Shown: one piece after another, positions 7,213 to 16,402 of the stretch
Numbering within the stretch: position 1 is the stretch's first letter
Layout: each line of letters opens with the position of its first letter
Assembly (NCBI GenBank): GCA_964408285.1
Contig: CAYOYV010000019.1
Span: 1-19,155, forward strand
Direction: 5' to 3'
Source: an uncultured Nitrososphaerota archaeon
GTDB lineage: Archaea; Thermoproteota; EX4484-205; JAAOZO01
DNA length: 19,155 nt
The notes under the pieces: generated by a model
What the model saw: the letters and a program-made list of their open reading frames with translations, nothing else
Database searches by the model: none
Told to the model about the DNA's origin: nothing
Program-made: the position numbers and the translations under genes

Positions 7213-8268
7213 ATGGACGACGATTTATTCACGTCCTCAGGGATCTGGTTGAGGGGCAATCTCCATTGCCACAGCACGAATTCAGATGGCCGTCTGACGC
7301 CCGAGGAAGTGGTTGAGTACTACTCTCATTGCGGATATGACTTCATTTCATTGACAGATCACGAGAAAATAACAAGAGCTAATTCGAAGAGCCTATTGCT
7401 GATTCCTGGGACTGAGATCGTGGCAGGGAGGGCCACCCTTGGAGACAGCTATCATGTGATGGCTCTGAATGTGGAAGATAATGAGACCATACAGAAGCGA
7501 AAGCTGGAGTCAGTCGATTCGATCTTGGAATATGTTGCAGATGTTGATGGATTCTCGTTCATTGCCCATCCCTACTGGTCAAGTCTTACAACCTCGGATC
7601 TGTCAAATCTGCAGAACTGCTTGGGAATCGAAGTATACAACACAGGGTGCGATGTGCTGGTTGCAAGGGGCTTTTCGTCAGTCCATTGGGACAATCTCCT
7701 CGCCCAAGGAAAGAGGTTCCACGGTCTCGCGGTGGACGATGCACACTGGTATCCCGTCGACTCAGCGGGCGGCTGGATATGGGTCAAAGCCAAGGAAAGA
7801 AGCGTGCAAGGAATAGTGGATGCCATCAAAGAAGGTCGATTCTATTCTACCATGGGCCCTTCCATAGATTGCCTCTGCTACTCCGATGGAAGATTTGAGG
7901 CAAGATTCTCACCGGCAAGCAGAGTTGATGTGGTCTCTGAGGATGGACTTGGATTCAGCGCCTCCTTCGATACCTATGAGAAAATGAAGAGCATGAGAAA
8001 TGACCTGATAAGCGTCGCGGTCAATGAGAACGAAGAAGGCGGCGAAGAAATCACGGTCGAACTGGGGACAAGAAAAGCCTTTCTGACTATGAAGGATAGG
8101 AAGATAACCCACGTCGCAATGGACGGGGCCTCATTCAAAGAATATCTCAGACTCGAGATCACCGACTCCAATGGAAAAAAGGCATGGGGTAACGCGTTAT
8201 TCTTGCAGAATGCAAGTGCCGCGTGCGCAGAACTATTGTCGGAGCCGAAAGGTGACAATGGACAGTAG
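7213..8268 (+). CDS. PHP-domain metallohydrolase (CehA/McbA-like); ORF is open from 7192
   Basis: WLRGNLHCHSTNSDG, DFISLTDH, PGTE, AHPYWS, GIEVYN, AVDDAH, GRFYSTMGP. TATA-like TTTTAAGA at 7183-7190 favours ATG 7213. Confidence 0.9.
   Translation: MDDDLFTSSGIWLRGNLHCHSTNSDGRLTPEEVVEYYSHCGYDFISLTDHEKITRANSKSLLLIPGTEIVAGRATLGDSYHVMALNVEDNETIQKRKLESVDSILEYVADVDGFSFIAHPYWSSLTTSDLSNLQNCLGIEVYNTGCDVLVARGFSSVHWDNLLAQGKRFHGLAVDDAHWYPVDSAGGWIWVKAKERSVQGIVDAIKEGRFYSTMGPSIDCLCYSDGRFEARFSPASRVDVVSEDGLGFSASFDTYEKMKSMRNDLISVAVNENEEGGEEITVELGTRKAFLTMKDRKITHVAMDGASFKEYLRLEITDSNGKKAWGNALFLQNASAACAELLSEPKGDNGQ
8220..8229. repeat. CG tract CGCGTGCGCA
   Basis: In the apparently non-conserved C-terminal tail of the PHP ORF. 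Confidence 0.6.
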
Positions 8269-8279
8269 GGGTATAGAAT

Positions 8280-8972
8280 TTGAATAACATTGAGAGGGTC
8301 GAGTTCCATCTAGGTAGCCTCGGCCAAGTTCTTGAGGTACCCCCGTTCTATGTGGACTTCCAAACAAGGAGCTTCAAGTCTGCGATGAAGAGGAGGGATC
8401 TCCCAAGGGAGGGCATAGCCATCTACGTATACGTGACCCGATACAAGCACATTGAGAAGCTATTAATCTTGAAGAGAATGCACCCAGACCTCTATGTACC
8501 AGAGGAACAGAGGGAACTCATCTCGACAATCGACAACTTGGACCAAGGAGAGTTCGAGGGATTCATAAGGTTCCTTAGGATCGAGGAGTTCATACAATCC
8601 CTCAGGGAATTGGAGGAGAAATGGGATTACGGTGGGGGAGGCACATGGTTGAGGAATATTGGGCCGTTCACGATCCATATGCTCCTCATAATAGGGGATG
8701 CTAGATGGACCGTCAGGCCGGCCATTTCAAGGAAGGACATGAGAGGCTATGGATTTGAACTGCCAGTGGATGCGGAGCAACGTGAGGCCTTCATGATTGA
8801 GCTAAGAGAGGGCGAACTGGAGGAGATACATGACCACATCGAGAACCAACATTTTCACCTGACCGTCGACAGCCTGAAAAGGTGCATAAGCCTAGCGAGG
8901 AAATGGGATTACTACTTCTCAACCAATGCTAGGTGGAAGCAAACTGTTGGCCTCATCACCGACATTACATGA
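8280..8972 (+). CDS. Hypothetical soluble protein (230 aa)
   Basis: Long ORF with a TTG start and natural-looking composition; no family recognised. Confidence 0.75.
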   Translation: MNNIERVEFHLGSLGQVLEVPPFYVDFQTRSFKSAMKRRDLPREGIAIYVYVTRYKHIEKLLILKRMHPDLYVPEEQRELISTIDNLDQGEFEGFIRFLRIEEFIQSLRELEEKWDYGGGGTWLRNIGPFTIHMLLIIGDARWTVRPAISRKDMRGYGFELPVDAEQREAFMIELREGELEEIHDHIENQHFHLTVDSLKRCISLARKWDYYFSTNARWKQTVGLITDIT

Positions 8973-8992
8973 GATGCGCTCCGATCCAAAAC

Positions 8993-9517
8993 CTACCTGG
9001 GGACAAATGCACTAAGGAAGGGCAGAATTAGGATGATCAAGGTTGCACAAGCGAGAACATACAACAGGACTAGTTGTCTGCGGCTGGATAGAAGCCTTGA
9101 ATCGCTGTAAATCTCTTTATATATAGGCAGGACTAGTCTGTCGAAAAACAGAAAAGGCGTGCCGAGCATCAAAGCCATCCATAGCAATGCTATCGGTGGG
9201 TATGGAGCAAAAACGTGTGCATGCAGAAATCTCATCATTCCGTATGCGTGATCCGTGAATATGAGGCCAATCATCACAAGCGAGAAGAGGGCATTTAGCC
9301 ACGCATAGACCTTTAAGATCACCTTTGAATTTCTATCCTTTACCAAGTGGCCCAAGAGCCAAACTACGACCAATACGAAAAATGGTGGAATCAAGGCGCC
9401 CGCGATTGCTTTTTTCGACTCGGAGGTTTCTGGCAAACCAATCAAAATGCCATTAATCGTGCTCATGATCAGTATGAGCCAGTCAAATGCACCATCTATG
9501 TTGTCTCCCATGAACAT
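8993..9517 (-). CDS. Hypothetical multi-pass membrane protein (about 5 TM)
   Basis: 174 aa hydrophobic ORF with a minus-strand CTTAAGA TATA-like element at 9541-9535. Start is 9517 or 9511. Confidence 0.7.
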   Translation of the reverse strand: MFMGDNIDGAFDWLILIMSTINGILIGLPETSESKKAIAGALIPPFFVLVVVWLLGHLVKDRNSKVILKVYAWLNALFSLVMIGLIFTDHAYGMMRFLHAHVFAPYPPIALLWMALMLGTPFLFFDRLVLPIYKEIYSDSRLLSSRRQLVLLYVLACATLIILILPFLSAFVPR

Positions 9518-9583
9518 AGTTGTGTGCTATTGATTCTTAAGTCTGATTTGGACTCGCATGCGGCGATTTTCTGGGATATCGAG

Positions 9584-9597
9584 TCCGCGCGCGCGGA
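9584..9597. repeat. Palindromic CG tract TCCGCGCGCGCGGA
   Basis: Perfect 14-bp palindrome containing (CG)5, the longest pure CG run in the window. Confidence 0.85.
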
Positions 9598-9818
9598 GGC
9601 CTGCCCCCGCTGCTTGACGCACTGGCTGGATTGGGCGCAGGAGAAGCAACTGAATTACAGGAAGCGTGAAGCCTTTTGGAGAAGAAAAGAGACCGTGACG
9701 GCAGCGTATTGCTTGAGGGAACTTTACCTTCGAAAAACCATATCTGCCTAGAGAGAGGGTTGGGAAACCTATCAAGCGGGGAACTCTCTATGCTTGTCTT
9801 GCACTGAAAAACAAGGAT
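9598..9818 (+). pseudogene. Degraded 3' remnant of a prenyltransferase/squalene-cyclase-repeat-like hypothetical protein
   Basis: GLPPLLDALAGLGAGEATELQEA*SLLEKKRDRDGSVLLEGTL, then a frameshift near 9735, then PYLPRERVGKPIKRGTLYACLALK. This recalls the C-terminus 'AWxLLxxKxDxxGxxxLxGT...GKPSKWxTL'. The TGA at 9667 falls where Trp is expected. Family recalled from memory. Confidence 0.55.
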
Positions 9819-9989
9819 TGGACTCTGAAGCTTCTGCCTCTAACGACTTGTTTCTGTTGGTAACTTGCCCTCCAGCATGCTAGAGAAGAATTCTGGCGCG
9901 TAAGATCGCTCCAGCCGGTTTGACCACAGAAGGCTATGTGCGTATACATTAAGATCTGGCCCCACGCAAGCCTGTCTGCACGACTGACT

Positions 9990-9998
9990 CGCGTGCAC
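9990..9998. repeat. CG tract CGCGTGCAC
   Basis: Just upstream of the TATA-like TAATATA at 10007-10013. Confidence 0.6.
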
Positions 9999-10035
9999 TG
10001 CTAGCCTAATATACGCCCCCCCGAACATATAATAC

Positions 10036-11088
10036 ATGGCAAGGCGAGTCAGGTCTTTCTGGGTCATCACTTCAGCCATCTTCGAGAATCCTGAAAAGCA
10101 CATCGCGGAGTTGGAGTATCTAGGAGCGGATGAGATTTTCATTCTTGTTCCCTATGAAACCTTATGCCCGAACGAGCAACCCGTCGGGTCAGATCAGCCA
10201 AAGAGCAGGGACATCATCAACCCTGTTCTAGCCCAAGCGAAGAAACATGGACTGAAGGTGCACGCTTGGATCGTGTCCCTCAGGAGGCCAAGCAGTGTGC
10301 TTACTTCCTCTCACAAGGACTGGTATGTCGTCAACCGGAACGGGGACAGTTGCGTCGACAAGCCGGCATATATCCCCGACTACAAGTGGCTCTGCCCCAG
10401 CCAAAAGGCCCCTTCTGAGTATTTGCTCGGCGCAATCCACAAATTCCTCGAGCGCTTCGATGTGGACGGCATTGAACTTGACTACATTAGGTTCCCCGAT
10501 ATGTTTCTGCCGAAAGCGCTAAGACCAAATTATGGTCTCGATAGAGAAAGGGAAGTATATAGACCGGAATTTGATTTCTGTTACTGTGACACATGCAGGG
10601 AGGGATTCAAGAGAGATCGGGGCCCGGATCCATTTGATGTCGAATTTGGCAGCAAATCCTGGTATCAATGGGTGCGGTGGAGATCCGATAGCCTGACAAG
10701 TTTCGTGTCAAGGTTCCACAGGACGGTCAAGTCTTATGACGGATCTATTGAAACGTCGGCTACCGTTTTTGCTACTCCAGGTTTAGCTTACAGGTACGTC
10801 TTCCAACGTTGGGCGGCTTGGCCACTGGATCATCTAGAGCCGATGATATACCATGAATATTATGACAAACCAGTGGAATGGATCGGGGAAGCCGTCGCGG
10901 AGGGGATCTCGACCGGAAAGAGGATAATTGCCGGAGTTCTGCTTGGGTTTCTTAGGAGACCTGAAGATATTCATGAAGCAACGAAGAGCGCCGTCCAGAA
11001 CGGAGCAGAAGGAATATGCTGCTATTCATATCCTATTGCGCACAATGAACTGAGAGAGGAACTCAGGTCGGCTCTCAGTAAGGTTTGA
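10036..11088 (+). CDS. Glycoside hydrolase-like family 10 (GHL10/DUF187) TIM-barrel protein
   Basis: AKKHGLKVHAW, WLCPS, VDGIELDYIRFPD, CYCDTC, FQRWAAW, PMIYH. Confidence 0.85.
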   Translation: MARRVRSFWVITSAIFENPEKHIAELEYLGADEIFILVPYETLCPNEQPVGSDQPKSRDIINPVLAQAKKHGLKVHAWIVSLRRPSSVLTSSHKDWYVVNRNGDSCVDKPAYIPDYKWLCPSQKAPSEYLLGAIHKFLERFDVDGIELDYIRFPDMFLPKALRPNYGLDREREVYRPEFDFCYCDTCREGFKRDRGPDPFDVEFGSKSWYQWVRWRSDSLTSFVSRFHRTVKSYDGSIETSATVFATPGLAYRYVFQRWAAWPLDHLEPMIYHEYYDKPVEWIGEAVAEGISTGKRIIAGVLLGFLRRPEDIHEATKSAVQNGAEGICCYSYPIAHNELREELRSALSKV

Positions 11089-11094
11089 CGCGCG
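11088..11094. repeat. CG tract ACGCGCG
   Basis: Overlaps the TGA stop of the GHL10 gene. Confidence 0.75.
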
Positions 11095-11327
11095 GATCAT
11101 ATTTCCACCGAGGATGCCGATGAGCTTTGGGAGCTCAGTGCGCCGCTAGGCGCTTCCTTGTAGCGAAGGTTTCTCTCACACGTGACCTCCTATATAGGCA
11201 AAGTGCTCCGTGCTAGATAATAGTAGTGATCTCCTGCTGAACTGAATGGCAAATCCAAAATGCAGAGGACAAAATTAAAATAATATTCAACGGGCTTGCA
11301 ATCAGTGAGATTCTCCCTAGGTTTCTG

Positions 11328-13737
11328 GTGGTTTGGATGAAAGGCGGCCAAAACTTAACATCCAATCATTTCGACACCAATGTCGATACGGGATTAAGCC
11401 CCGAGGAGGTTCAAAAAAGGCTGAAGCAATATGGATACAATGAGATCGCAGAGAAAAAGGAAAGCCAGATTTCCAGATTCATCAAGAAATTCTGGGGGGT
11501 ATCGCCTTGGATGTTGGAAGCAACAATAGTGCTAGAATGGGCCACGGGAAAATATCTGGAGATGTATATCGTATTGGGCCTTCTGCTTTTCAATGCGACC
11601 TTGGGCTTCTTCCAAGAAGAGAGAGCGAATTCAGCCCTCGAGCTCCTCAAGCAAAGGTTGAGAATCAACGCAAGAACTAAGAGAAATGGAATTTGGGCAA
11701 TGGTTCCAGCAAGGGAACTCGTCCCCGGAGATGTTGTCAGAGTAAGGGCAGGTGATTTCGTCCCCGCTGATGTTGAAGTGTTAGAAGGAAGCGCGGAGGT
11801 GGATCAGTCCGCCCTGACTGGTGAATCCTTGAGCGTAGAGAAGAAGCTTGGCGATTTCCTCTACAGCGGCTCGACTGCTACAAGGGGAGAGATTACGGGA
11901 ATCGTTAGCTCGACGGGCACGAAAACATACTTTGGGAGAACCGTTGAACTAGTTCAGATAGCCCGGCCCAAGTTGCATGTGGAAGAGGTTGTCTCCAGAG
12001 TCTCTACGTGGCTTCTCATAATCGTCGTCGCCATGTTTTCAGTAGGGCTGGCCCTAGCTGTATTAGAAGGCATAGACCTTATCGAGATTATTCCACTAAC
12101 GGTCATTCTTCTCCTTTCAGCAATACCAGTTGCACTGCCAACAATGTTCACAATAACGATGGCACTGGGCTCTCTGGAGCTTGCGAGGAAAGGAGTACTG
12201 ATCACCAGACTGGATGCAAGCGAGGACGCAGCCACCATGGATGTAGTTTGTGCGGACAAGACTGGCACGATGACCATGAACAAGCTCTCGATAGCAGAAG
12301 TGATGCCCATTCTTGCACAAGAAAGAAGACGTAATATTATACGGCACCCTGGCATCGCAAGAGGCAAATCAAGATCCTATAGACCTAGCTTTCATAGCAG
12401 CTGCAAGAGACATGCAAATCACTCCGGAGGGCTATCGACAGACAGAATTTGTTCCATTTGATCCTACAACTAGAAGAACAGAAGCCACGATAGAAAAAGG
12501 AAGTGAACGATTCCGCGTATTGAAGGGTTCGATCGCAACAATAGAATCGATGTGCAAGAACTCACGAGAGGAACTGACTGAGATGAATAGGATCGCCGAA
12601 GGGTCGTCGGCAAAGGGATACAGGGTGATTGCAGTCGCCAAAGGATTGACAGAAGAAGACATCCGATTGGTAGGCGTAGCAGCTCTTTATGACAGACCTA
12701 GATCTGACTCATCGAAGCTCATAGGCGAGCTCAGAGATCTCGGTATTTCCGTGAAAATGCTGACTGGCGATGCCTTGCCAATAGCTAGAGAAATGTCGAA
12801 GCAACTGGGCCTGGGAGATAACATAGTCAAGATGTCGGATCTGAAAGACACAACTAGAGAAGACAGGAATTCGCAAATCATAGAGCAAGGCGACGGCTTC
12901 GCCGAGATTTATCCGGAAGATAAGTACCTCATTGTCAGAAATCTCCAGAAAAGAGGACATGTGGTGGGTATGACGGGCGATGGAGTCAATGATGCTCCGT
13001 CCCTAAGACAAGCCGAAGTTGGAATAGCAGTCAGCAATGCAACGGATGCAGCAAAGAAGGCTTCCAGTGCGGTTCTCACCACAGAAGGACTGGAAGGAAT
13101 AGTGGATCTGGTAAAGACCGGCAGAACAATATTCCAGAGAATAGCAACGTGGATGATAAACAAAATGATCAGAACGCTGAAAAGAGTTGTCTTCGTGGTC
13201 TTGGCCTTCATTTTCACTGGGAAATATGTGGTCTCCACATTTGATATGATATTGCTCCTATTTCTGAGCGACTACGTGACTCTGTCGATCTCAACGGACA
13301 ACGTCAGGTACTCCAAGAAGCCAGAAAGCTGGGACGTGACTGGACTTGTGAGAGGAGGTCTTCTTCTCGGCACCTTGATGGTGATCGAATCTTTCATCTT
13401 GCTCTGTATCGGTCTATCGTATTTCGGCTTATCGAATAATATTGATCAATTGCATACATTCGTCTTCGTCTGGCTTACCTTCGCAGGGTATTTCACCATC
13501 TTAGCGGTCAGGGAGCGTAGGCACTTCTGGGATTCCAAGCCGAGTGGGGCGCTAGCTTTTTCTCTTGTCCTCAATATGGTAGTCGTTTCATTGATCTCAC
13601 TTCTTGGAATACCTGGGGTCGCGCCAATAACTTTCGCTGAATTCTCAACCGTTGTCGTCTATTCGTTTGTCACTTGTCTTCTCCTGAACGATTTCGTCAA
13701 GTTCTCCGCGCTAAGACGGTTCGGATCGATATCCTAG
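11328..13737 (+). pseudogene. Plasma-membrane proton-efflux P-type ATPase (type IIIA), split by a frameshift near 12313-12325
   Basis: ORF 11328-12461 has GLSPEE..RL..YGYNEI, DQSALTGES, IPVALP and the DKTGT phosphorylation site. ORF 12313-13737 continues with QDPID, PFDP, KG, DRPR, MLTGD and MTGDGVNDAPSL. Could be a true pseudogene or a sequencing error. Confidence 0.85.
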
Positions 13738-13745
13738 TGCGTGCG
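13737..13745. repeat. Alternating tract GTGCGTGCG
   Basis: Overlaps the ATPase TAG in the 22-bp convergent gap. Confidence 0.5.
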
Positions 13746-13759
13746 ATGCCTTCAGTAAC

Positions 13760-16321
13760 CTAGTGAGCAAAACGATGCTTCAAAGTAACTATCTCGTAAG
13801 GGTTCACTTCTCTGGCTTTTCCTTTCTTGATCGTATTCTTGAGAAAATCGGTTGAAGATATGGTCGTAGGCCGGACGAAGTGTTCTATGTTCATCAGTCC
13901 TCGCTTTCCCGCGCATTCGTAGAGTCTGAGAATGATGTCTTCATCATCGACGTACAGAGCTGTCATGACGAGGTTTTCTGGACTTGTCTTTAGAAAGGCA
14001 AGGGTCCTTGGAAGTTGTTTCCCTCCTTCATCTGTTTTGACTGTGCTGATTAAGGGATGCAGATATTCTTGAGCTCTTTGAGCTAGATTGGCATTACGCC
14101 AGTTCCCGTTGAAGAAATACATAGCGTATCTGAATTCGTGCTTTCCAATGCCTGAAACATCGGATATGATCCTGAATTGATTCTGGTTTTTCTCATCAAG
14201 ACTTTGCAGTAGGATGTTAGACACGGTGTTTCCCTCAACTACGTAGCCTGGATGGCCGGTGTTGATTAGGCACATGCCCGAAGCATTGTCTGTTAAGGCC
14301 ACCCATTCGTCAGCCCAGCAGACTGTGCAAGACCCTTTAGTGGAACCTACCGTTCTTGAGAAGAGATGCAATGAGTATCCTTCTCTTTCTACTCCATATA
14401 GAGGTTCCTCAGATAGGTCTGTTTCCTCTGCCCCAAAATGGATGTGGCGTATGGCTATGGGATTTCTCAGGCTTGATTTGAGCGGAAACGCGACTCTATA
14501 TCGCATGTTCTTCTCTGAGCAATCTAGCTCAATCTTGAGGTCTATTCTGGGAATTTCATCGTAAATAAGAATGTCTTGGCTAACTCGGCTCTTACCAATG
14601 TGGCCTTTCACCCTCAGACAACCTCTCACAGGGCCTTTCTCAACAATTTCGACCGATCTGGGTTTGAACCTTATGGTGCCGTTTGGTTTGAAGTGGAGTT
14701 CGGCTACCTCTTCTCCTACATCCGCCAATAATTCATTGCCGAGAACTTTATCAGTCTTTAGGAGCTCACGCCCAGTTTGTTTGTCCACAACGCTTTTCAT
14801 CAGTCCTCCTTCTAGTCCGATTCTGAAGAAACGGTTTTCCAAAAGGTCGTTTGAGACTTGCAAGCTTTCTCCTCCTTGTTCGGTCCTCCCAGTATCCCCA
14901 ACTATGCTGTAGGTTGTATATCCTACGGAGGGGACATGGGCCGTGAATATGATTTCGGCTTCCCTCAATACGCCATTTCCATCACGCCGCTCAGAGATAA
15001 CTTGGCGTTTAACCTCATTTCCTTCAATATCTAAGATGCGGAAGTCCTTTGTCCCCTTTGGGAAAGATATCTTAGACGAGACTACGTCTCTTCTACTGCA
15101 ATTACAGACGTTTAGCACTATGATGGAGCCTGCGGGAGAATTCACGAGCTGAGATATGAACTGCGTTTTCTCGTGAATCACTTTTTTCGCCCACTCCTCC
15201 ACTGACGATATGATCTTGATCATGGGCCAATAGTCTTCGTCGAAATAATAGATTGGCTCATGATGTAGCCAATAGCAGAACTCGCGCCAAGCTTGGGTGA
15301 AGCCCTGCGATGGATAATCAGCACCCAGTAAATACACTAACGTAGAGAGAATTTCTGCTTCTAGAAGTGCTCGGCTCGTTCTCTTCGCAGCAACCGTAAA
15401 ATGATCCGCTCTGAAGCCATAAATGCCTCCAGTCCAGCCCACTGGATCCAAGGTACCTCGATACGTTGGTAATCTCCTTTGCTCCAGCGCGCGGAAAAAG
15501 TCGGATAGAGTCGCGACCTTTAAGCGAGGCTTCCTAAGCCTCTCGTTCCACCACTTAACGAACTCGGTGAGCATAATCGAAGGGAGCTTCCAATCCCCAG
15601 CGTCGTGGCATAGGATGACATCGCTATTTGAAGCCTCAGCGGTTTTTCCCAATTCTGTCTTGAATCTCTGAGCGACGATCGGGAAGAATGCATGATTCTG
15701 TTCGAAGTGGTTTGAACTAGTCGGGAATGGCCCGCCTCCATATATATGTATGTGACATAGAGCTCTTGACCCATCTAATCCTTCCCACCAGAAGGAACTC
15801 GGTACGCCTTTTCTTTCAAGAGCTTGGTTAGGCCTGTCGATCTTATAGTAATCGTATCCAAGCTTTCTAGCTATCTGTGGGATCTGCGAATGGTGATAGG
15901 CTATGTCAGCCAGATAGAATACGGAATTGTCCGCATCTTTTCCGAGCTTGATATTGAACGTTTCCTCGTAGTACTTCTTCCCCTCGATCACGTTTCTGAC
16001 CAGCGTTTCAGCATCGACATCAACGAACTGAGGGTCGCTCATCATGCAACTGGGCAAGCCTATTCGGCCCTCAAGAATTAGCTTCCTGATCCTCGGAAGG
16101 AACTCGCTATAGGATTTGAGAAAATCTCTGATTTCAACAGCTTCGTGGATGCCTTCCCAGCGGTAATCTTTGAAATTCTCTAGGCAGTCGAGCATGGAGA
16201 ATATGACGCGGTTGGCTTCTCTCTCAAAATAAGTTCTGGGAGCCCTCCAGCTCCAATCCATGTGGGAATAGGGCACGATATACACTGCCTTGAGATTCTT
16301 GATTTTCATAGATCTGGCCAA
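13760..16321 (-). CDS. Glycoside hydrolase family 38 (alpha-mannosidase-like)
   Basis: VPYSHMDWSW metal motif, DAETLVRN..GKKY, LADIAYHHSQIPQI, FWWEGLDGS, GDW, VPSVGYTTY, LENRFFRI, VEKGPVR, IILRLYE, PYEIVTL. Start is TTG 16321 or ATG 16309. Confidence 0.92.
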   Translation of the reverse strand: MARSMKIKNLKAVYIVPYSHMDWSWRAPRTYFEREANRVIFSMLDCLENFKDYRWEGIHEAVEIRDFLKSYSEFLPRIRKLILEGRIGLPSCMMSDPQFVDVDAETLVRNVIEGKKYYEETFNIKLGKDADNSVFYLADIAYHHSQIPQIARKLGYDYYKIDRPNQALERKGVPSSFWWEGLDGSRALCHIHIYGGGPFPTSSNHFEQNHAFFPIVAQRFKTELGKTAEASNSDVILCHDAGDWKLPSIMLTEFVKWWNERLRKPRLKVATLSDFFRALEQRRLPTYRGTLDPVGWTGGIYGFRADHFTVAAKRTSRALLEAEILSTLVYLLGADYPSQGFTQAWREFCYWLHHEPIYYFDEDYWPMIKIISSVEEWAKKVIHEKTQFISQLVNSPAGSIIVLNVCNCSRRDVVSSKISFPKGTKDFRILDIEGNEVKRQVISERRDGNGVLREAEIIFTAHVPSVGYTTYSIVGDTGRTEQGGESLQVSNDLLENRFFRIGLEGGLMKSVVDKQTGRELLKTDKVLGNELLADVGEEVAELHFKPNGTIRFKPRSVEIVEKGPVRGCLRVKGHIGKSRVSQDILIYDEIPRIDLKIELDCSEKNMRYRVAFPLKSSLRNPIAIRHIHFGAEETDLSEEPLYGVEREGYSLHLFSRTVGSTKGSCTVCWADEWVALTDNASGMCLINTGHPGYVVEGNTVSNILLQSLDEKNQNQFRIISDVSGIGKHEFRYAMYFFNGNWRNANLAQRAQEYLHPLISTVKTDEGGKQLPRTLAFLKTSPENLVMTALYVDDEDIILRLYECAGKRGLMNIEHFVRPTTISSTDFLKNTIKKGKAREVNPYEIVTLKHRFAH

Positions 16322-16324
16322 TTA

Positions 16325-16334
16325 ACGCGCGTGT
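16325..16334. repeat. CG tract ACGCGCGTGT
   Basis: Between the minus-strand TATA box (TTTTTAT, 16347-16341) and the GH38 start. Confidence 0.8.
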
Positions 16335-16402
16335 CAGTAGATAAAAAGTTCCCTTGGCACCCTCTATGCGTCCACCCTTCACTCTTCCCATCCAGCGGTT
16401 GA

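Noticed and set aside
9347-9775. ORFs 9347-9751 (+) and 9527-9775 (-)
   Set aside because: They overlap the membrane gene and the frameshifted remnant, which explain the sequence better.
11095-11327. Possible remnant or ncRNA upstream of the ATPase
   Set aside because: Only a short frame (ADHISTEDADELWELSAPLGASL*) and a TATA-like CTATATA are visible; nothing recognisable.
12313-12330. Programmed ribosomal frameshift in the ATPase
   Set aside because: No slippery heptamer or obvious stimulatory structure, and I know of no precedent in this family.
15487-15493. GCGCGCG inside the GH38 gene; also CACGCGTG at 2162 and ACACACACGCG near 2781 inside CDSs
   Set aside because: Explained by codons in continuous reading frames (FRAL, TTRA, NTHA). 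Counted as background occurrences.
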